Shown here one piece after another: positions 58,569-64,000 of a stretch of DNA of 64,000 nt. The translations under genes and the position numbers were made by a program. Origin of the DNA: the human T2T-CHM13v2.0 reference genome, Homo sapiens. Each line of letters begins with the position of its first letter. Positions within the stretch are counted from its first letter, which is position 1. The notes beneath the pieces were generated by a model. That model had not been told where the DNA came from, did not search any database, and was given only the letters and a program-made list of their open reading frames with translations. Location: NCBI RefSeq assembly GCF_009914755.1, contig NC_060936.1; one strand, 5' to 3'.

Positions 58569-58693
58569 TAGCTTCTTCTTTTTTTTAATTTAATGCTGTG
58601 ATGATAAGCTGGTAAAGACTCTCTTTACTTTTAGGTCAACGTAAGAATGCTTTGTCAAGCAGTAACCTTGATTTTGTGGTTCCTTTAAAACAG

Positions 58694-58762
58694 GGAGTGT
58701 GGAGCTGGTACATTTGTCAATTTTGCATCCTTAGAGAGGGATGGAAAGCTTCCATACAACTG
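58694..58762 (+). CDS. PTPRO: PTPRO exon 16, juxtamembrane: ECGAGTFVNFASLERDGKLPYNW
   Basis: ctttaaaacag|G ... ACTG|gtgagt; 69 nt, phase 2-2. Confidence 0.95.
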
Positions 58763-59141
58763 GTGAGTATTGTTTTGGAACAAGCTTCTACATAGTTTAA
58801 CTATGCTGTGTGTGCTCCAAAGTCGATTTTACTATCCTTTGGGGATAGTTTTGTCTGATTATCCTTTTGTAATTTCGGTGATGGTAGACTTTCAATGGCT
58901 AGATCTTCACAGAATATAATGGTTTATATAAGCTCAGTGCAGTTCTGAAGTAGGGAAAGCATCATGGTCTGCTCTGTATTTACAATACTAAACAAGGGAC
59001 TGAAACAGTGGTGCACACGCAGGAGCCCATACCTGTGCTGAAAAAGGGCTTAAATGCAGGAGCGCCGCTGAACAAGTGGTGGCTAAAGGCACGAGAAGAG
59101 ATTCCAATGAAGCAGCTTGCGACAGATCGGCTTCTCCATTT

Positions 59142-59475
59142 TATTTTATATTTTATTTTATTTTATTTTTTATTGTTTTGTATTTTTTGAGGAGACAGAA
59201 TCTCCCTCTTTCGTCACCCGGGCTGGAGTGCAGGATGATCTCAACTCACTGCAATCTCTGCCTCCTGGGCTCAAGTAATCTTTCCACCTCAGCCTCCCGA
59301 GTAGCTGGGACTACAGGCGCGCACCACCAAATCTGGCTAATTTTTAGATATTTGTAGAGATGAGGTCTCACTATATTGCCCAGGCTGGTCTCGAACTCCT
59401 GGGCTGAAGTGATCCTCCCACCTCGGCCTCCCAAAGTGCTGGGATTACAGGCCTGAGCCCCCATGCCAACCCAGC
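59142..59475 (-). mobile_element. AluJ
   Basis: TSD tctccatttta; gaactcctgggctgaagtgatcctccc. Confidence 0.93.
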
Positions 59476-61431
59476 ATCTCCATTTTAAACTCACATTTCA
59501 GTGCCTGAGGCAATAAGAGCCACCACTTCTGTTAAAAAGTTGTACAGCCCAGTATTCAGTTCTCATGCTTACAGATAAATAAATATCAAAGCCAGTGAAG
59601 TTTCATAAGAAAACATGGCTTCATTTTTCTTTATGCTTGAGTATTAAGGACCCGGAAGGAGGAAGTGTTCGAATTTTAAAGAGCATTGTCAAGAGATTAA
59701 ATTGGTTGACATTATACCTGACAATGATAGATGAAGATTAACAATCCTATCCAGTTCAATCAATGCCCAACAAAAGTACTAATTAAGTAAACATTTAACA
59801 TGAAGCTAACATGTACTACTTACATGGTCTAGTTTGTTTCTTTTGCAAGAAACTATGCAAAGTATATGTAAATGAATATATGTCATATTAATCATTGTTC
59901 AGTTATTTCTTTCTGTTTACTAACTCCCTAAAATGGTTAATCTTAAAGAAATACACATGGGAGACTGGAAATTTTACAGAATCAATGAGGGAGGGAGAAC
60001 TTTATTTAGGATATAAATTTTACTTCCCTCAGTGTAGCTGATACTCACTCTAGTTGAAAATCTAGTTGAAACCAGATTTCTTTTAATAAGGCAATATGTT
60101 GTGCCATTTAAAAATTTTAACATGAGTAGAATTTTGCTATTAAAAAACAACCCAACTGTGAAGAAAAAGAAATCCATCAACCCTTGATGGTGAAAAGTTA
60201 GGAAACGTTACTAGGTTTGTTCAAATATATTAGCACTCTTTCCAAAATTAAGAGGTTGACTCACTGATACTTGTTTCATGCCTGGTTCACCCTTGGGAGG
60301 CCCAATGGGAGATCAGTGATGAGTGGCCCATCTAGGAACCAATCCAATTATATGTATTTAATACTTGTGACTCATGAGAGATAGATATTAACTAACTTCA
60401 CAGCCAGTCACAATTCATGGAATTTATGGGAGACCAGTCATGGGAGAGCTGAAGCAAAAAAGAATTCACTTCAGGATCTTTCTATAAAATCAAGCACATT
60501 TTGCAGCTCTTCACAAAGACAGTTTTGCCGACTCTAGCATTTTCTAGCTGACTGAGAATAGATATCTCAGTGAAGATTTGTAATAACTGAAGTGACAAGG
60601 TGACAGTATTTTTCCCCCTAATTCTCAGAATAACTATAGATGCAGTCACAGGATATTTTAAAATCTATATTAATGGGTGTTCTATTTGACAAGTGGTTTG
60701 AATATCTGAAACCAGGCATTTAAATCAACAGTCTGAATTAGAATTGAAGTGAAGCTAAACTATTTTGCTCCTACTTAGCTGAATATCAGTGAGGTCACAG
60801 ACTAAGTAGTTGATGAGCTACTTATCTTGAATGAATGATATCCTTGTATCATCCATACCTCTGTTTTAAGGGTTATATTTATAAATTTTATAGTAATTTA
60901 AAAACAATACAGAAAGTCACACCTAGTAGTGCAGCTTTATTAAGAATGTCTCTTAAAAGCTTAGTCTTCACCGGAATCAGTATATGTAAACTGACCATTT
61001 TTATTTTCTCACACAAGCTGCTGTTTAGCTGTCAAATGATGTTACAGAGGTTTCTTAAAATAGGCTTAAGCATAGGAAGAATAATATCCAAGAATAAGCT
61101 TCAAGATAACTAATGAGGCATATAAGTGCTTCATTTAACTGAATGCAAAATGTAATCACCTGGTAGCAGACTAATTAACACAAAGTAAGTTGAAAGAAAT
61201 ATATCTGATTACAATAAGGTCATGTGTGAATAAAAACTGATTTTGTCAATATTGTAGCATTTAAGCCCGCACATTTATATTTCACAGAATGGATTAATAT
61301 TTAATTGTAATTAAGGTGCTTGTCATATTAATTAATCCCAATAGGTAATTTACTGATATCTATTCACAGTTTATATTACTAACTCTTGCAACTTTTTCAT
61401 CTTTCCATCTGTTGTCTATTAATGCACACAG

Positions 61432-61515
61432 GCGTAGGAGTATATTTGCTTTCTTAACCCTGCTACCCTCATGTCTTTGGACTGATTATCTTTTGGCATT
61501 TTATATTAATCCTTG
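61432..61515 (+). CDS. PTPRO: PTPRO exon 17, 84-nt alternatively spliced cassette: [28 protein letters not shown]
   Basis: TACTAAC branch point 61377-61383; atgcacacag|G ... CTTG|gtaagt; phase 2-2, frame-preserving; matches the 28-aa insert of the long isoform as I remember it. Confidence 0.93.
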
Positions 61516-61959
61516 GTAAGTGATTTTTTTTTACTGTTTAACACAAACTCTTTAAAAGTTAGCTTTCAAGAAGTAAACAAAAAGGAAAGTTTCTTTTTAA
61601 CTATTTTGTATGTTCAGTAACATCTAAAGTTATTAATCATGTATTGAAGTGAATTAAAGCAGTTACCGGTACAAAGATATTAACTATAAGGTTTTCCGTT
61701 AAATTTTTTTCCGTGATGTTGTTGGCAAGCGTTTTTTCCCATTTAGTACTAGTTATTTGTTTCTTCATTGAGTCAATCCATTGGCCTCTCATCTTTGCAA
61801 ATAATGCTTTCCATTTTCCATTATCATCTTCATCCATTAGAGAGCTCCAAATTTCCAAGAAGGTAGAAATGCATTAAGATGGAGAAATCAGAGTCTATAC
61901 AATCCTCTGTATCTGAGGCCTCCTTGTTTTTATAATAATGCTAACTCAGTGACTATTAA

Positions 61960-62165
61960 ACAGCTGACTATACGCAAGCCTCTTTGTATGATTATCTGAT
62001 TTAATTTTCCCCCGCAATCCTGCAGAGAGTATTACTAGTCCCATTTTAGAAATGTGGAAATAGGGGCTTACGGAGATTTACTGTCTTAGTAGCACATTCC
62101 ACTATGTACAGAATCCAGGTTCCAAACTCAGGTCTCTCTGAAATCTATTCTTTCCTCTGTAAAGA
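61960..62165 (-). mobile_element. MIR
   Basis: atctgatttaattttcccccgcaatcctgc...tcccattttagaaatgtggaaat...aaactcaggtctctctg. Confidence 0.6.
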
Positions 62166-64000
62166 GCAGACTCCTTTAATTTCTTATTTTCTTAACTTCT
62201 GGATCATTTTAATAATCAAATCTTGAAGTGTTCCTTTTGACTTTTTAATATGTAATGATAACAGTAACCTTGAATTCTGAGACTAAAGAATTAAGAACTC
62301 TTTCTTTTCCTGTGCTATAAGATAAAAGGTAGCAGTTTCCAGGGGAACTGACAAGAAAATCATTGTCCTTAAATATTAATACCTAGTGTTTAGGTACTAA
62401 ATTATGTACAGACAGATCCATAAATGTGGACAACTTGAAAAGGTCTCAGAAGAAAACAATAAAAATATCTCATAGACTGGAAAAAAAATAGCTTATGGGG
62501 TGGTGGTGCGGGTATGAAAAGCAATCTGGAGCATTTATTTATTCAAAAAGACAATTGACCAAATGTTCTCCAGCTCCTCCAAGGACAGAATAAATACAGC
62601 TGGCAGAATTTAGGATTTCAAGTTGCACTGGAAGGAACATAAAAAAGGATTTCCTCAAAATAGAGATTGTTAATTCCAGAATTCATATCTTCTTTTAAAA
62701 AAAGAGACTAGAGGAAAGCTTTTGAAACAAAGTAGACATGATGTGTAGGTAATAAAGTCAGAGGAATGTGCTAGATGCTGAGGACCCATTCACTGTTATT
62801 CTAAGTTCATTGTTACAGTTTTTAGTATAGGGCTTCAGCACAGTCAACTCCGTATTTTCAGTATTTGACATCAAATAGTTTTCAGGTATGAATAGCACAC
62901 ATAAATTCCATTTCAACCTTCAAAATATACATTTACTTTTAACTGAACATCTACTAATCATCCTCAAATAGTGTGCCTACCATTAAAATACTAACAGCAA
63001 ATACCCATAAAGTATCCCAGATTGCAAATAAAATGAAAGAAAGATGCATATATCATTTCCTTGCTTAATTCTCTGAGACTTTCTCATTTTCCACAGTGCG
63101 TTTTTAAGCTTCTGTAAGGTAGGCCTGTGCAAGTAAGCATGTATTCCTTAATAGGCCTCATTGATGAACATATGCTCAAATTTCAGCAACCCTCACAAGG
63201 TCTGCTATTTCTAATACCAATCAAATAGCACGAGGCCCAACTTATGGGGAGAAAATACCCTTCAGTAATTTTTAGAAGAATCACCTTGAAACTGTAAATG
63301 GTTGTCTCCAGTTGAGAAGAGAAGGTAAAACATAGAGCTGCATGCTTTCTGTAACTTCAGTAAATTTCACACATATCAACTAGTAAAAACATACTGGATA
63401 TAAACTATGTTCTCAGCCCTTTTGTACAATGCCAGATACAAAAGAAGTGAAATTCATGCTCCCCGCTCGTGGAAATACAGCTTCTACTCACACAACCACT
63501 CCAATTCCCTGTTTGCTTCATCTAATAACTTGTGGTTATTTTCCCCTGCTTTCATTGGCTAAAGAGTCATTTTTAATCCTCCTAATGATGTGTTTGTCTT
63601 CATATTTCACCTACCCTGTGAACAACAGCTGCAAATAACAAGAGCCATCTCCCCAGACGCACACTGCCTAACACACTGTCCAACTTCCTTTCTAAACTGT
63701 CGGTTTCTTGGAAATATATGTTCCTGTTGATTTTCTAAAACCCATCTGATGCCACTAGTGGTTTGTGTGGAAATCAAAAAACTCTTTCTCTCTCTCATAG
63801 TGTTGCTCGAATCTCTTCCTGGGGTGGTAGCAGAATCAGTGTGGAGCACCAGTACCCAGTTAGGTTGGTCTCAGGATTGTGTTCTGCAAGGATTTCTGAC
63901 TTTCAGAACTTAAGAGTATGTTTCCTATTGAAAGAAATCATCTAAGTTGAACTAGCTATATCTAGATTCAGTGTTAAATCTTTTTTTTTTTTTTTTACTG

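Overview
Human (primate) genomic DNA from the middle of PTPRO (GLEPP1/PTP-U2), a receptor tyrosine phosphatase of the R3 subtype, on the + strand. I rebuilt 14 consecutive GT-AG coding exons (710-61515, 2203 nt, one continuous frame). By my recall of RefSeq numbering these are exons 4-17. They encode FN3 repeats, mostly as phase 1-0-1 exon pairs, then the transmembrane helix, the juxtamembrane segment and an 84-nt hydrophobic cassette exon. The phosphatase domain lies beyond the window. The internal start of the truncated PTPROt/PTP-oc isoform (MVTEMNPN..., ATG 50460) and its likely intron-12 promoter are also here. The introns hold about 25 Alus, a full-length antisense THE1 element, solo MaLR and MLT2A LTRs, a large L1 5' half, L2/MIR relics and hAT/Tigger DNA transposons. 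I found no RNA genes or CRISPR arrays, and most ORF-track entries are repeat artefacts. The most unusual observations are two local self-copies of the gene's own sequence. One is a truncated L1 whose 5' end is fused to an inverted ~95-bp copy of intron sequence lying 600 bp downstream, all inside one target-site duplication (TSD). The other is a degenerate ~111-bp copy of exon 7 lying 1.1 kb upstream of that exon. Other leads are an exitron-like 336-nt insert in exon 5, uORFs ahead of the PTPROt start and a NOVA-type YCAY cluster at the cassette exon. Repeat subfamily names and exon numbers come from memory, not from a search.
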